A stretch of DNA of 56,140 nt, taken from positions 1 through 56,140 of the forward strand of contig JBFGLM010000032.1 in assembly GCA_041576165.1 (NCBI GenBank), in the 5' to 3' direction. How positions within the stretch are numbered: position 1 is the first letter of the stretch; each line of letters opens with the position of its first letter. Made by a program: the position numbers and the translations under genes. The stretch comes from Acidimicrobiia bacterium. Its GTDB lineage: Bacteria; Actinomycetota; Acidimicrobiia; Spongiisociales; Spongiisociaceae. Positions 9,648 to 18,867 of this stretch are shown here, in pieces. Below the pieces are notes generated by a model. It saw nothing but the letters and a program-made list of their open reading frames with translations, was not told the origin of the DNA and did not search any database.

Positions 9648-10435
9648 TCGAGGGACCACTCCCCGTCAACATCCCTGTCGCCAGTTCCAGTTTCACCGAC
9701 CTGCTACGCGCCCTCGACGCGGCCCCCACCTGGGCCCTACCGCCCGCAGCCGACCTGACGCCGCTGGCCGCCCCAGAGGGTACGACGGTGCTGGCAGTGC
9801 GCTACGACGGCGGCGTGGTGATGATGGGCGATCGTCAGGCCACGGAGGGCTATGACATCGCTCACCGCCGGATACAGAAGGTCTTCCCGGCCGATGGCTT
9901 TTCCGCGGTTGCCATATCCGGGACTGCCGGCTTGGCCATTGAACTGGTCCGCCTGTTTCAAACCGAGCTCGAGCATTATGAGAAGCTGGAGGGCGTCCGG
10001 CTGAGCCTCGATGGCAAAGCGACGTATCTGGCGCGGATGGTCCGCCAGCAGCTCCCGATGGCCATGCAGGGGCTGGTGGTTGTCCCGCTGTTCTGCGGGT
10101 TTGACGAGACCGACGGGAGTGGCAAAGTGTTCACCTTCGACGCGGTCGGCGGCCGCTACGAAGTTGACGATTTCGGTTCGACCGGCTCGGGTTCGCGGGA
10201 GGCCAAGTCGTACTTGCGGACGGTGTTTCGCCCCGGCTTCACCGAATCAGAGGCGACCGATGTGGCGTTGCGTGCCCTCGTCGCCGCGGCCGAACAAGAC
10301 GCAGCCACCGGGGGTCCCGATGTCAGGCGCGGGATCTATCCCAATGTCGTCATCGTCGATGGTGACGGGCTGAGGACACTCTCGGAAGAGACGGTGGCCG
10401 GTGTTGCCGAGCGGATCTTGGAGCAGATGCCGTGA
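9644..10435 (+). CDS. prcB: 20S proteasome beta subunit
   Basis: Propeptide then G|TTVLAV, DRQAT, GSGS and DAATGG motifs. Confidence 0.95.
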   Translation: MIEGPLPVNIPVASSSFTDLLRALDAAPTWALPPAADLTPLAAPEGTTVLAVRYDGGVVMMGDRQATEGYDIAHRRIQKVFPADGFSAVAISGTAGLAIELVRLFQTELEHYEKLEGVRLSLDGKATYLARMVRQQLPMAMQGLVVVPLFCGFDETDGSGKVFTFDAVGGRYEVDDFGSTGSGSREAKSYLRTVFRPGFTESEATDVALRALVAAAEQDAATGGPDVRRGIYPNVVIVDGDGLRTLSEETVAGVAERILEQMP

Positions 10436-11103
10436 CGATGCCGTTTTATGTTCCACCCGAGCAGCTGGTCAAGGATCGGGCCGAGTACGCCCGTAAAGGC
10501 ATCGCCCGGGGTCGCTCGATCCTGGCGCTCGAAGTCGAGGAGGGTGTGCTGCTGCTCGCCGAGAACCCCTCCCGGACACTCACGAAGATCTCCGAGATCT
10601 ACGACCGAATCGCCTTCGCCGGTGTCGGGAAGTACAACGAGTTCGAATCGCTGCGGGTCGCAGGGATTCGACACGCCGACGTGAAGGGTTATACCTACGG
10701 GCGGCCCGACGTCACCGCCAAGAGCCTCGCTTCGGCGTTTTCCCAGACCTTGGGCAACATCTTCATACAAGGCGCCAAGCCCTATGAGGTGGAGGTCCTC
10801 ATCGCCGAGGTGGGCTCCAACCATGCGGGGGATCGCCTGTACAAGGTCACCTACGACGGCACGTTGTTTGACGAGAGCGGATACACCGCCATCGGAGGGC
10901 AGTCCGATGCGCTGTCGACCAAGCTGCAGGAGGGGTACAACGGCCTTCCGACCCTGGCCGATGCCCTCGCCCTCGCCGCCTCAGCATTTCGCCAAGTGGA
11001 AGATCGCGAGATCGACGGTTGGGAAGCAGCGTTGCTCGACCGAACCGAGCGGCGCCGGGCCTTCCGCCGGCTGAGCGACGAAGAACTCGCACCGATCACC
11101 TGA
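10432..11103 (+). CDS. prcA: 20S proteasome alpha subunit
   Basis: MPFYVPPEQLVKDRAEYARKGIARG and KISEIYDRI motifs. Confidence 0.96.
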   Translation: MTMPFYVPPEQLVKDRAEYARKGIARGRSILALEVEEGVLLLAENPSRTLTKISEIYDRIAFAGVGKYNEFESLRVAGIRHADVKGYTYGRPDVTAKSLASAFSQTLGNIFIQGAKPYEVEVLIAEVGSNHAGDRLYKVTYDGTLFDESGYTAIGGQSDALSTKLQEGYNGLPTLADALALAASAFRQVEDREIDGWEAALLDRTERRRAFRRLSDEELAPIT

Positions 11104-11151
11104 CGCTGGGACCGCAACGACGATGAGCCCCGGGACCACCCGTGGCCGCGT

Positions 11152-11523
11152 TTAGAGCACGCTGGCGATCCGCAGATAGATGATCCAGGCGAGCAACGCC
11201 GCCGCCACCAGCCACCATCCGAGCGAACGGCCAATGTTGGGCGATTTCCCCACTCCGGCCCGGTCCACCTCTGTCGCCTGGGCCTCGGAATCGATCGCAG
11301 CCAGCACCTCCCGGGCGTCCTCGAGGTCGGATTCGTCCACCCAGATCTGCGTTTCGCCCCACGATCCGATCGCGATCGGGTAGGGCCCCAGCGACTCGCT
11401 GCGGATGTGGCAATCGATGCCCTCGTGGTCCAAGTGTGCCGCCAGCACATGGGCCGTGGCAACGTCCGCCACAGTGGTCAGTTTGACCATGGATCGCCAG
11501 GAGATCCGGTCGTGGGTCGTCAT
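11152..11523 (-). CDS. DUF2007 (putative signal-transducing, PII-like) domain with C-terminal TM anchor
   Basis: AHVLAAHLDHEGI...QIWVDESDLEDAREVL pattern, then a hydrophobic tail. Confidence 0.7.
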   Translation of the reverse strand: MTTHDRISWRSMVKLTTVADVATAHVLAAHLDHEGIDCHIRSESLGPYPIAIGSWGETQIWVDESDLEDAREVLAAIDSEAQATEVDRAGVGKSPNIGRSLGWWLVAAALLAWIIYLRIASVL

Positions 11524-11635
11524 GGTTGCCTCGCCTAAATCCCGTCGGCTTCAATTCTGCCGCGTCCGGCCGGATACCGTGCGCAGATGCACGTTCCAAC
11601 CACCCGTTGCGACAAGACGTGGGTAGCCTGGCGAT

Positions 11636-12991
11636 GTGCAGCGTCGCATCTTTGGCATAGAAAACGAGTACGGGGTCACCTGCACCCTTCGCGGCCAGCG
11701 GCGCTTGAGCCCCGACGAGGTCGCTCGCTATTTGTTCCGCCGGGTGGTCAGTTGGGGACGCTCCTCGAATGTATTTCTCGAGAATGGTGCCCGGCTATAT
11801 CTGGACGTCGGGAGCCACCCCGAGTACGCGACGCCTGAATGTGACAACCTGTATGACCTGGTTGCGCATGACAAGGCCGGGGAGCGGGTGCTGGAGGGCC
11901 TCCTCCGCTCGGCTGAACAGCGGCTTGAGGAAGAGGGCATACGCGGCCAGATCTACCTCTTCAAGAACAACACCGACTCCGCCGGCAACTCCTATGGCTG
12001 CCATGAGAATTATCTGGTCGGCCGGCACGGCGACTTTCAGCGGATTGTCGAGACTCTGATCCCCTTCCTGGTCACGCGCCAGATCTTCTGCGGATCGGGC
12101 AAGCTGTTGCAGACCGCCCGCGGGACCGTGTTCTGCATTGCGCAGCGGGCCGAGCACATTTGGGAGGGTGTGTCGTCCGCCACCACCCGATCACGACCGA
12201 TCATCAACACGCGGGACGAGCCGCACGCCGACGCCGAGCGCTACCGTCGCCTGCACGTGATCGCCGGCGATTCGAATATGAGCGAGTACGCGACCTATGT
12301 GAAGGTGGGCGCCACCGCCGCCTTGCTGGAGATGTTGGAAGCAAACGTTGTGTTCCGCGATCTCACACTGGACAACCCCATCCGGGCCATCAGGGAGATC
12401 AGTCACGACCCCACTTGCCGGCGCAAGGTGCGGCTGGCCAACGGCCGGGAGCTGTCGGCTCTCGATATCCAGTGGGAGTACCTCGATCGAGCGCTCCGCT
12501 ACTCCCGTAGCCCCGGTTTCTCGCCGGCGGTGCAGCGGGCCGTGGAAATGTGGGAGCACCTCCTCACCGGGCTGGAGAAGGATCCGCTGACGCTCAACCG
12601 CGAGGTCGACTGGGTGATGAAGCACCACCTGATCGAACGCTACCAGAACAAATGGGACCTCCCGCTCAACCACCCGAAGCTGGCCCTCGTCGACTTGACC
12701 TACCACGACGTGACTCCGGATCGAGGGCTCTACTACCTGATGGAACGCAAAGGGCTCACCGACCGGGTGGTCACCGACGCCGCCATCGCCGAGGGTGTCA
12801 TCCGGCCGCCTCAGACGACCAGAGCCCGCCTCCGGGGCGAGTTCATCAAGGCGGCCAAGGCCAAGAAACGCGATTTCACGGTGGATTGGGTGCATCTGAA
12901 ACTCAACGACCAAGCGCAGCGCACGGTGTTGTGCAAGGACCCCTTCAAGGCCGTGGACGAGCGGGTGGAACGCCTCATCGCTTCACTGTGA
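11636..12991 (+). CDS. pafA: Pup-protein ligase PafA
   Basis: [41 protein letters not shown] and [10 protein letters not shown] motifs. Confidence 0.97.
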   Translation: MQRRIFGIENEYGVTCTLRGQRRLSPDEVARYLFRRVVSWGRSSNVFLENGARLYLDVGSHPEYATPECDNLYDLVAHDKAGERVLEGLLRSAEQRLEEEGIRGQIYLFKNNTDSAGNSYGCHENYLVGRHGDFQRIVETLIPFLVTRQIFCGSGKLLQTARGTVFCIAQRAEHIWEGVSSATTRSRPIINTRDEPHADAERYRRLHVIAGDSNMSEYATYVKVGATAALLEMLEANVVFRDLTLDNPIRAIREISHDPTCRRKVRLANGRELSALDIQWEYLDRALRYSRSPGFSPAVQRAVEMWEHLLTGLEKDPLTLNREVDWVMKHHLIERYQNKWDLPLNHPKLALVDLTYHDVTPDRGLYYLMERKGLTDRVVTDAAIAEGVIRPPQTTRARLRGEFIKAAKAKKRDFTVDWVHLKLNDQAQRTVLCKDPFKAVDERVERLIASL

Positions 12992-13057
12992 TCGGGCAAG
13001 GCCGGCGCCTCTGGTTGGCCGGCAGCGAAGACCCCAATCTGCTCTAACCTCGCTCGG

Positions 13058-15088
13058 GTGGCGCGGTCATCCATACCGATCCGACAGCTGGCACGTCCTT
13101 CGCGTACGGCGGGGTTTCTAGCGCTGTCGATCGTGGTCGGCGCGCTGGTGGGACTCTCCGCGGCCGTGCTGATCACCGGGCTCGAGTTTGTCACCGAAGT
13201 TGCAGGGCTCGCCCATCTCGTCGAGGTCAAATGGTGGATTCCTTTCCTGACGGTGCCCGTCGGGCTGGCTGCCGCTCATCTGCTGGCCAGCCGCCTGGCA
13301 CCCGAGGCGATCGGTGACGGGGTGCCGGAGACCAGCGCCGCGTTGACGGTGCGGGCTGGGTACCTGCCGACCCGCGCATTCTTCGTCAAGATCCTGGCGA
13401 CCACGTTGACGGTGGGCGGCGGCGGCTCGGCCGGTCGTGAGGGACCGATGGTCCAGATCGGAGGAACGGTCGGGTCCAAGGTCGGCCGCTGGGCCGGGCT
13501 CGGTGAAGATCAGATCCGTAGTTTGGTTGCCGCCGGCGCGGGCGCAGCGATCGGTGCCAGCTTCAACGCGCCGATCGCCGGAATGCTCTTCGCTCTCGAG
13601 GTCATATTGGGGGCGTTTGCGATCCGCCACCTGAACGCGGTTGTGGTCGCCTCGGTGACTGCCGCCGTGACATCCCGCAGTATCGTCGGCTCGGATCGCA
13701 TACTGACCGCGTTCGCGTTTCAGCTGGAGGACGCGCGCGAGCTGTTTCTCTACGCAGTGCTCGGGCTCCTGGCCGTCGTCGTCGGAATCATCTTTCTTGA
13801 GCTGGTGGACCGAGCGGAGAGGTTGAATCTCGGCTCCCGAGTCCCTGGCTGGCTGCGGGCGGCCCTGTTCGGGGTGGCGGTCGCCGCCATCGCACTGATC
13901 GATCCGCAGATCCTGGGCGACGGCCAGGATTTCGTGGCGAGCCTGGTCCGGCCGGTCGAGGAAAACGCACAGGTTTGGGGGATTCTCATCGGCCTGTCGC
14001 TGATGAAGATCGTCGCAACCGCCTTCACTTTGGGCGGCCACGGGTCCGGTGGAGCCTTCATGCCCTCCTTGTTCATCGGGGCCGCCCTCGGGTCGGGATT
14101 CGGTGAGTTGCTGGCGCCGATGTGGGGCTTCAGCACTCTACGCCCGGGAGCGTTCGCGGTGGTGGGGATGGCGGCGGCTTTCGCAGCTATTGCCCGGGCA
14201 CCGCTCACTTCGATCCTGATCGTGTTCGAAATCACCGGAGACTACGGTCTGGTGCTCCCGCTGATGCTCGCCACGTCGCTGGCCACGTTCGTGGCCGATC
14301 GCTGGCATCCGACCAGCGTCTACACGATGGCGCTGCGGCGCATGGGCATCCAGCCCTTACGCCCAGCGGAGGTGGACCTGCTGGACACGATCAACGTGGG
14401 CCAAGTCATGACCCGAACCGCCCCGTGCATCGAACCGGAAGCAACCACTGCAGAAGCCCAGGGACTTCTGGACCGGAGCCGGCACCATGGCCTCGCGGTC
14501 ACCGACGACGACCGGCTTGTCGGGTTGCTGGCCGTGAGCGACATCGTGCGGGCAGGGGGGCCTTCCGATCAGACCAGCGTCGGCGAGGTCATGACCCCCA
14601 GCCCGGTGACTGTCACCGAGGAGACCCAGGTGTCCGCCGCACTCGAACGAATGGCGGCTCTGGGTGTTGGGCGGCTCCCGGTCGTCGAGGCCGATGACCC
14701 CGCACGGCTGGTGGGGATGTTCCGGCGGGAGGACGCCGTCCGCGCGTATCATCTGGCGTTGGAGGCCCGCACCGACCAGGAGCATGTCCGTCAGCGGCTG
14801 GGCGCCCGCACCCACCCGGGCGTGGAGTTTTTCGAGTTCGAGATCACGGCCGGATCGGTGGCGGACGGTCGGCCGATCAAGCAAGTCCCCTGGCCTGCGG
14901 GCTGCACGGTGGTGTCGGTCAGGCGGGAACGCCAAGTTTCGGTGCCGAACGGGGCTACGGTCCTCAAAGCGGGCGACCTCCTCACGGTCTACGGGACCCG
15001 AGGAGGGCGCGAGCGCCTGGCGGCACGCCTGGCTCGGGAGGTCGGGCGGGATGATGCTTCCGAGGAACAGTCGGCTCAAATACAGTGA
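13058..15088 (+). CDS. CLC-family anion channel/transporter with CBS pair and C-terminal RCK_C (TrkA-C) domain
   Basis: GDGVPE, GREGP, FNAPIAG and GGAFMP CLC motifs; two CBS repeats; VVSVRR...VPNGATVLKAGD RCK_C motif. Confidence 0.9.
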   Translation: MARSSIPIRQLARPSRTAGFLALSIVVGALVGLSAAVLITGLEFVTEVAGLAHLVEVKWWIPFLTVPVGLAAAHLLASRLAPEAIGDGVPETSAALTVRAGYLPTRAFFVKILATTLTVGGGGSAGREGPMVQIGGTVGSKVGRWAGLGEDQIRSLVAAGAGAAIGASFNAPIAGMLFALEVILGAFAIRHLNAVVVASVTAAVTSRSIVGSDRILTAFAFQLEDARELFLYAVLGLLAVVVGIIFLELVDRAERLNLGSRVPGWLRAALFGVAVAAIALIDPQILGDGQDFVASLVRPVEENAQVWGILIGLSLMKIVATAFTLGGHGSGGAFMPSLFIGAALGSGFGELLAPMWGFSTLRPGAFAVVGMAAAFAAIARAPLTSILIVFEITGDYGLVLPLMLATSLATFVADRWHPTSVYTMALRRMGIQPLRPAEVDLLDTINVGQVMTRTAPCIEPEATTAEAQGLLDRSRHHGLAVTDDDRLVGLLAVSDIVRAGGPSDQTSVGEVMTPSPVTVTEETQVSAALERMAALGVGRLPVVEADDPARLVGMFRREDAVRAYHLALEARTDQEHVRQRLGARTHPGVEFFEFEITAGSVADGRPIKQVPWPAGCTVVSVRRERQVSVPNGATVLKAGDLLTVYGTRGGRERLAARLAREVGRDDASEEQSAQIQ

Positions 15089-15097
15089 ATCCGCCGC

Positions 15098-16024
15098 ATG
15101 CGCAAGGTCATCGAAAGACTCCTCAACCTGCTCGCTTTCCTGTTGACGAGCGAGCGACCGGTCACGGCGGACGAGATCCGCCGGACTGTGGCTGGCTACG
15201 ACCAATCGTCCGATGAGGCGTTTCGGCGAATGTTTGAGCGTGACAAGGATCTCCTTCGGCAGATGGGGATTCCGGTCGAGTGGCGAGCGACGGATCTGTG
15301 GGAGGTCGAGTTTGGCTACGTCATCCCCGCGGACGCCTACGAGATGCCTGATCCCGGGCTCACCGACGAGGAGCGGGCCGCGCTCTGGCTGGCGGCGCAG
15401 GTGGTGCGGCTGGGCGGCCAGCCGTCCGGACCCGAGGCGGTGCTCAAGCTGGGCGGATCGCCGATGGCAGGTGGCGGTGAGCCGCTCGCGGCCGACCTCG
15501 GCCTGGCCGCCGACGTGTTGGGGTTCGTCTTCCGCGCCATCAGTGAGCGCCGGGCAATGGCCTTCGACTACCGGGATCGCAAACGCCGGATCGAGCCGTA
15601 CGGCCTCGTCCACCAGCGGGGTCACTGGTACGTCGTGGGTCGGGATGGAGGCGCGGACGCCATCCGGTCCTACCGCCTCGACCGGGCGAGCGCAGTCGAG
15701 GTAGGCGAGGAACCTGACGTGTTCACCCGACCCCCGGGATTTTCCGCCCGCCAAGCGTTGCCGCAACGTCCGTGGGAGGCGGGCGAGGACGACCTCGAAG
15801 CGGAGGTCCGGTTCGATGCGGCGGTGGCGTGGTGGGCACGCCGCCAGATCCCGGCCCACTCGGTGACCCGGGACGAGTCCAACGGCGACTTGGTTGCCCG
15901 AATCCGGATCGCCAACCGTGATGCATTCATCGGGTGGATCATCACGTTCGAGGACCAAGCAGAGGTGGTGAGCCCCGCCGAGCTCCGCTCGGCGGTGGTC
16001 GATCGCGTGCGGGGGGTTGCGTGA
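15098..16024 (+). CDS. pafB: HTH-WYL transcriptional activator PafB
   Basis: ERLLNLL, RRMFERDKDLLR, EPYGL and HWYVVG motifs. Confidence 0.92.
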   Translation: MRKVIERLLNLLAFLLTSERPVTADEIRRTVAGYDQSSDEAFRRMFERDKDLLRQMGIPVEWRATDLWEVEFGYVIPADAYEMPDPGLTDEERAALWLAAQVVRLGGQPSGPEAVLKLGGSPMAGGGEPLAADLGLAADVLGFVFRAISERRAMAFDYRDRKRRIEPYGLVHQRGHWYVVGRDGGADAIRSYRLDRASAVEVGEEPDVFTRPPGFSARQALPQRPWEAGEDDLEAEVRFDAAVAWWARRQIPAHSVTRDESNGDLVARIRIANRDAFIGWIITFEDQAEVVSPAELRSAVVDRVRGVA

Positions 16025-16950
16025 CGGCCTCCAAGACCGCGCAGCGGCTGACCCGGATCCTGGCCATGTTGCCGTGGGTGATTGGGAACCCGGGTGCCAC
16101 TGTCGACGAAGTGTGCGAGCGATTCGGATATTCACGCAAGGATCTGCTGGCCGATCTCGACCTGGTGTTCGTCTGTGGATTGCCCGGCTACGGCCCGGGT
16201 GACCTGATGGAAGCCTATGTGGAAGACGACGAGGTCATCGTCGACATGGCCGACTACTTCTCGCGGCCGCTGCGGCTGAGCCCGGCAGAGGCCCTGGGTC
16301 TGCTGGCGTCTGGTATGGCACTGATCAGCACGAACCAGGCCCCGCCGGCCCTCGAACGGGCGGTGGAGAAGCTGGCCAAGGTGGTGCTGCCCGATGCGTC
16401 CGAGGCGCTCACCGTCGACCTGGCGGCGGAACCGGAGCTGCTCGACACGCTGCGAACGGCTGCCCACGAACACCACGTCGTGAACATCGTCTACACCTCG
16501 CTGAGCCGGGGCGAGACTCGGACCAGAGCGATCGAACCGTGGTCGGTGTTCTCGGCGCTCGGGAATTGGTACGTCTCGGGGTATTGCCGATCAGCCGAGG
16601 CCGAGCGGGTGTTCCGGGTCGATCGCATACAGGAGGCATCACTGAGCCACGAGGAGTTCACCCCGCCGGCTGAGCCCCCGCCACCAATCGTTCGCTATAC
16701 GCCAGGAGAAGACGATGTATACGCCACCATTCTTCTCAAGGACCGGGCGCGGTGGGTGGCGGAGTACTACCCGGTGGAGATCCTGACCGACGACGACCGC
16801 GGCCTCACAGTCCGCTTTGCCGCGAGCGATGCAGCGGTGGCCGCCCGCCTGCTGGTGAGGCTGGGACCCAGCGCCGAGCTGGTCGACGGCGATGCCGTTC
16901 GGCGCGCTACTGAGGGTCTCCGGTCCCGGATTCTGGCGCGCTATTCCTGA
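16021..16950 (+). CDS. pafC: HTH-WYL transcriptional activator PafC
   Basis: CGLPGYGPGDL, RPLRLS, WYVSGYC and FRVDRI motifs; GTGA overlap with pafB. Confidence 0.92.
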   Translation: MTASKTAQRLTRILAMLPWVIGNPGATVDEVCERFGYSRKDLLADLDLVFVCGLPGYGPGDLMEAYVEDDEVIVDMADYFSRPLRLSPAEALGLLASGMALISTNQAPPALERAVEKLAKVVLPDASEALTVDLAAEPELLDTLRTAAHEHHVVNIVYTSLSRGETRTRAIEPWSVFSALGNWYVSGYCRSAEAERVFRVDRIQEASLSHEEFTPPAEPPPPIVRYTPGEDDVYATILLKDRARWVAEYYPVEILTDDDRGLTVRFAASDAAVAARLLVRLGPSAELVDGDAVRRATEGLRSRILARYS

Positions 16951-17043
16951 GCCGGTTTTGCGCCGCTCGGTGGCGGCGGTACGGGCTCCTACCACCCGTG
17001 GTGAGGAGGGTGGTTTGCCCAGGACTATTTGCTGATTAGTCAC

Positions 17044-17070
17044 TAAGCCTCAACCGTCCGACGCCGATAC
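17044..17070 (+). promoter_or_regulatory. Candidate sigma28/FliA/WhiG-type promoter
   Basis: TAAG-N15-GCCGATAC compared with consensus TAAA-N15-GCCGATAA; palindrome TTAGTCACTAA overlaps the -35. Confidence 0.55.
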
Positions 17071-17109
17071 ATCTCACGTAGCGGAAGATGAACGCCAGGG
17101 AGACAGAGG

Positions 17110-17400
17110 ATGACGACGATCAAAACCACATGCGCCAGCTGCGGCGATGTCGAGCTGGGTCCTGAGGATCTTTCCCTAGAGCTCGACCCCTCCAAGAGCA
17201 GTGGCTCATACCGATTCTTTTGCCCCAACTGCAACACGCTGCAGCGGCGTCCCGCCAACGCCCGGATCGTGAGCGTCCTGCTCGCCACCGGCGTGTCCTA
17301 TGAGGTGCACCAGCCCGAGCCGATCACCGAGCAGGAGATCAACCGCTTCGTGCAGAACCTGGAAGAGGTCGCCGACTGGGCCAAGCTCCTCGCTTCCTGA
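17110..17400 (+). CDS. Small C4 zinc-ribbon protein of unknown function
   Basis: CASC and CPNC pairs in a 96 aa ORF with a purine-rich leader. Confidence 0.8.
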   Translation: MTTIKTTCASCGDVELGPEDLSLELDPSKSSGSYRFFCPNCNTLQRRPANARIVSVLLATGVSYEVHQPEPITEQEINRFVQNLEEVADWAKLLAS

Positions 17401-17421
17401 CTTTTCGACCGTCTCCGCTTC

Positions 17422-17458
17422 CGATCGAAGCCCCTGGACCAGCCAGGGGCTTCGATCG
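17422..17458 (+). terminator. Strong hairpin terminator after the Zn-ribbon gene
   Basis: 16-bp perfect inverted repeat CGATCGAAGCCCCTGG/CCAGGGGCTTCGATCG with a 5-nt loop. Confidence 0.75.
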
Positions 17459-17515
17459 TGTGTAGTCCCGTGATGCCGATGAACGGCCTCGGTCGGCCTA
17501 CCATGCCCCCGCGTC

Positions 17516-18142
17516 ATGTTCGACATCAGTCCCCTCGAATTGCTCACGATTGCCCTCATCGCGCTCATCGTTTTCGGACCGCAGCGGCTGCCGGAGATGG
17601 CTCGAAAGATCGGGTCCTACATCCGGGAGTTGCGGGATGCGGCCTCGGAGCTGACCGCTGGCCTCGATCGCGAGGTGCGAGAGTTGAAGGAACCGTTCAC
17701 GGATCTCAAAGAAGATCTGACCAAGCCGGTCTCGGAACTGAAGGACTCGCTCGACGAGACGGCCAAAGGCATCCAGAACCCGCTGCGGGAAATGGGCGAC
17801 GAACTGCGCAAGCCGATCAGCTCCGGGGGTCCGGCCGATCAGCCGCAGGTTGCGGATACACCGGGGCCGCCGCCGGGTCAACCTGACGGGGATGTAGCCG
17901 GGGACGACGCTGACGCGGTGCCACCGGCCCGCTGGGTGGGAGACGAACCCGAGGTGGGGGTCTCTCCATCGGACGCGTGGAAAGGTATCGAAGATCCGGT
18001 GCCGCCCGGCGCCCAAGACAGCGGAGCCGTCGACGACCTGGCGCCGTTGGCGCCAGATGCGGAGCCGGGTGAGGATCCCGTGAGTGATCGTGGGGCGGAG
18101 CCGACGCACGATCAGCCGGACGCCGGGAGCGGCGACACGTGA
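17516..18142 (+). CDS. tatB: Twin-arginine translocase TatA/B-family subunit, TatB-like
   Basis: MFDISPLELL...FGPQRLPEMARKIG then a long acidic Pro-rich tail. Confidence 0.8.
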   Translation: MFDISPLELLTIALIALIVFGPQRLPEMARKIGSYIRELRDAASELTAGLDREVRELKEPFTDLKEDLTKPVSELKDSLDETAKGIQNPLREMGDELRKPISSGGPADQPQVADTPGPPPGQPDGDVAGDDADAVPPARWVGDEPEVGVSPSDAWKGIEDPVPPGAQDSGAVDDLAPLAPDAEPGEDPVSDRGAEPTHDQPDAGSGDT

Positions 18143-18867
18143 CGGCCAATGAGCGACAACCGATTCTCGCCCACTTGGTTGAGCTCCGGCAGCGACTGAT
18201 TGTCTCCTCCGTGGCGGTGCTGATCGGTTCCGTCGTGGCCTTCATCTTCCGCAGCCAGCTGTTCGATCTGCTGGTCCAGCCTTACACGAGCGTGGCTGGC
18301 ACGTCGGAGTCGGCAGCCGAAACCCTGATTTTCACGGAAGTGACCGAGGGCTTCTCGATCGCGATGCGCTTGTCGCTGTTCGGCGGAGTGGTGCTGGCCA
18401 GTCCCGTCGTCTTCTATCAGATCTGGGCGTTTGTCAACCCGGCGTTGACCAAGCGAGAACGCCGCTGGGCATTCCCGCTGGTGACCGCCCTGGTCTTCCT
18501 CTTTTTGAGCGGTGTGGCGTTCGCGTTCTACAGCATGCCCCGGGCGCTGGAGTTCCTGCTGGGGATCCAGCCGGGCATCGAAGCGCTGATCCGGGTTGAC
18601 GACTACTTCAAGTTCACCCTCCGGTTTCTGCTCGTGTTCGGCGTGGCGTTCCAGTTTCCCGTGTTCCTCTTCGCTGCCGCAGCCGCCGGGCTGGTGAATT
18701 CGAAGCAGCTCAAACAGGGCCGGCGGTGGGCGGTACTGATCATCGTCGTGGTCGGCGCGGTGGTGACCCCAACCGGGGATCCGCTCACGCTGATGCTGCT
18801 GTCCGTGCCGCTCTACCTGTTCTACGAATCGACCATCTGGCTCGTTCGATTCATCCTTCGCAAATGA
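18139..18867 (+). CDS. tatC: Twin-arginine translocase TatC
   Basis: HLVELRQRL, YQIWAFVNPAL, FQFP and TPTGDP motifs. Confidence 0.95.
   Translation: MTANERQPILAHLVELRQRLIVSSVAVLIGSVVAFIFRSQLFDLLVQPYTSVAGTSESAAETLIFTEVTEGFSIAMRLSLFGGVVLASPVVFYQIWAFVNPALTKRERRWAFPLVTALVFLFLSGVAFAFYSMPRALEFLLGIQPGIEALIRVDDYFKFTLRFLLVFGVAFQFPVFLFAAAAAGLVNSKQLKQGRRWAVLIIVVVGAVVTPTGDPLTLMLLSVPLYLFYESTIWLVRFILRK

Noticed and set aside
15098-16950. WYL proteins as anti-phage defence regulators
   Set aside because: Sequence and context match PafB/PafC, and no defence effectors or CRISPR array were seen.
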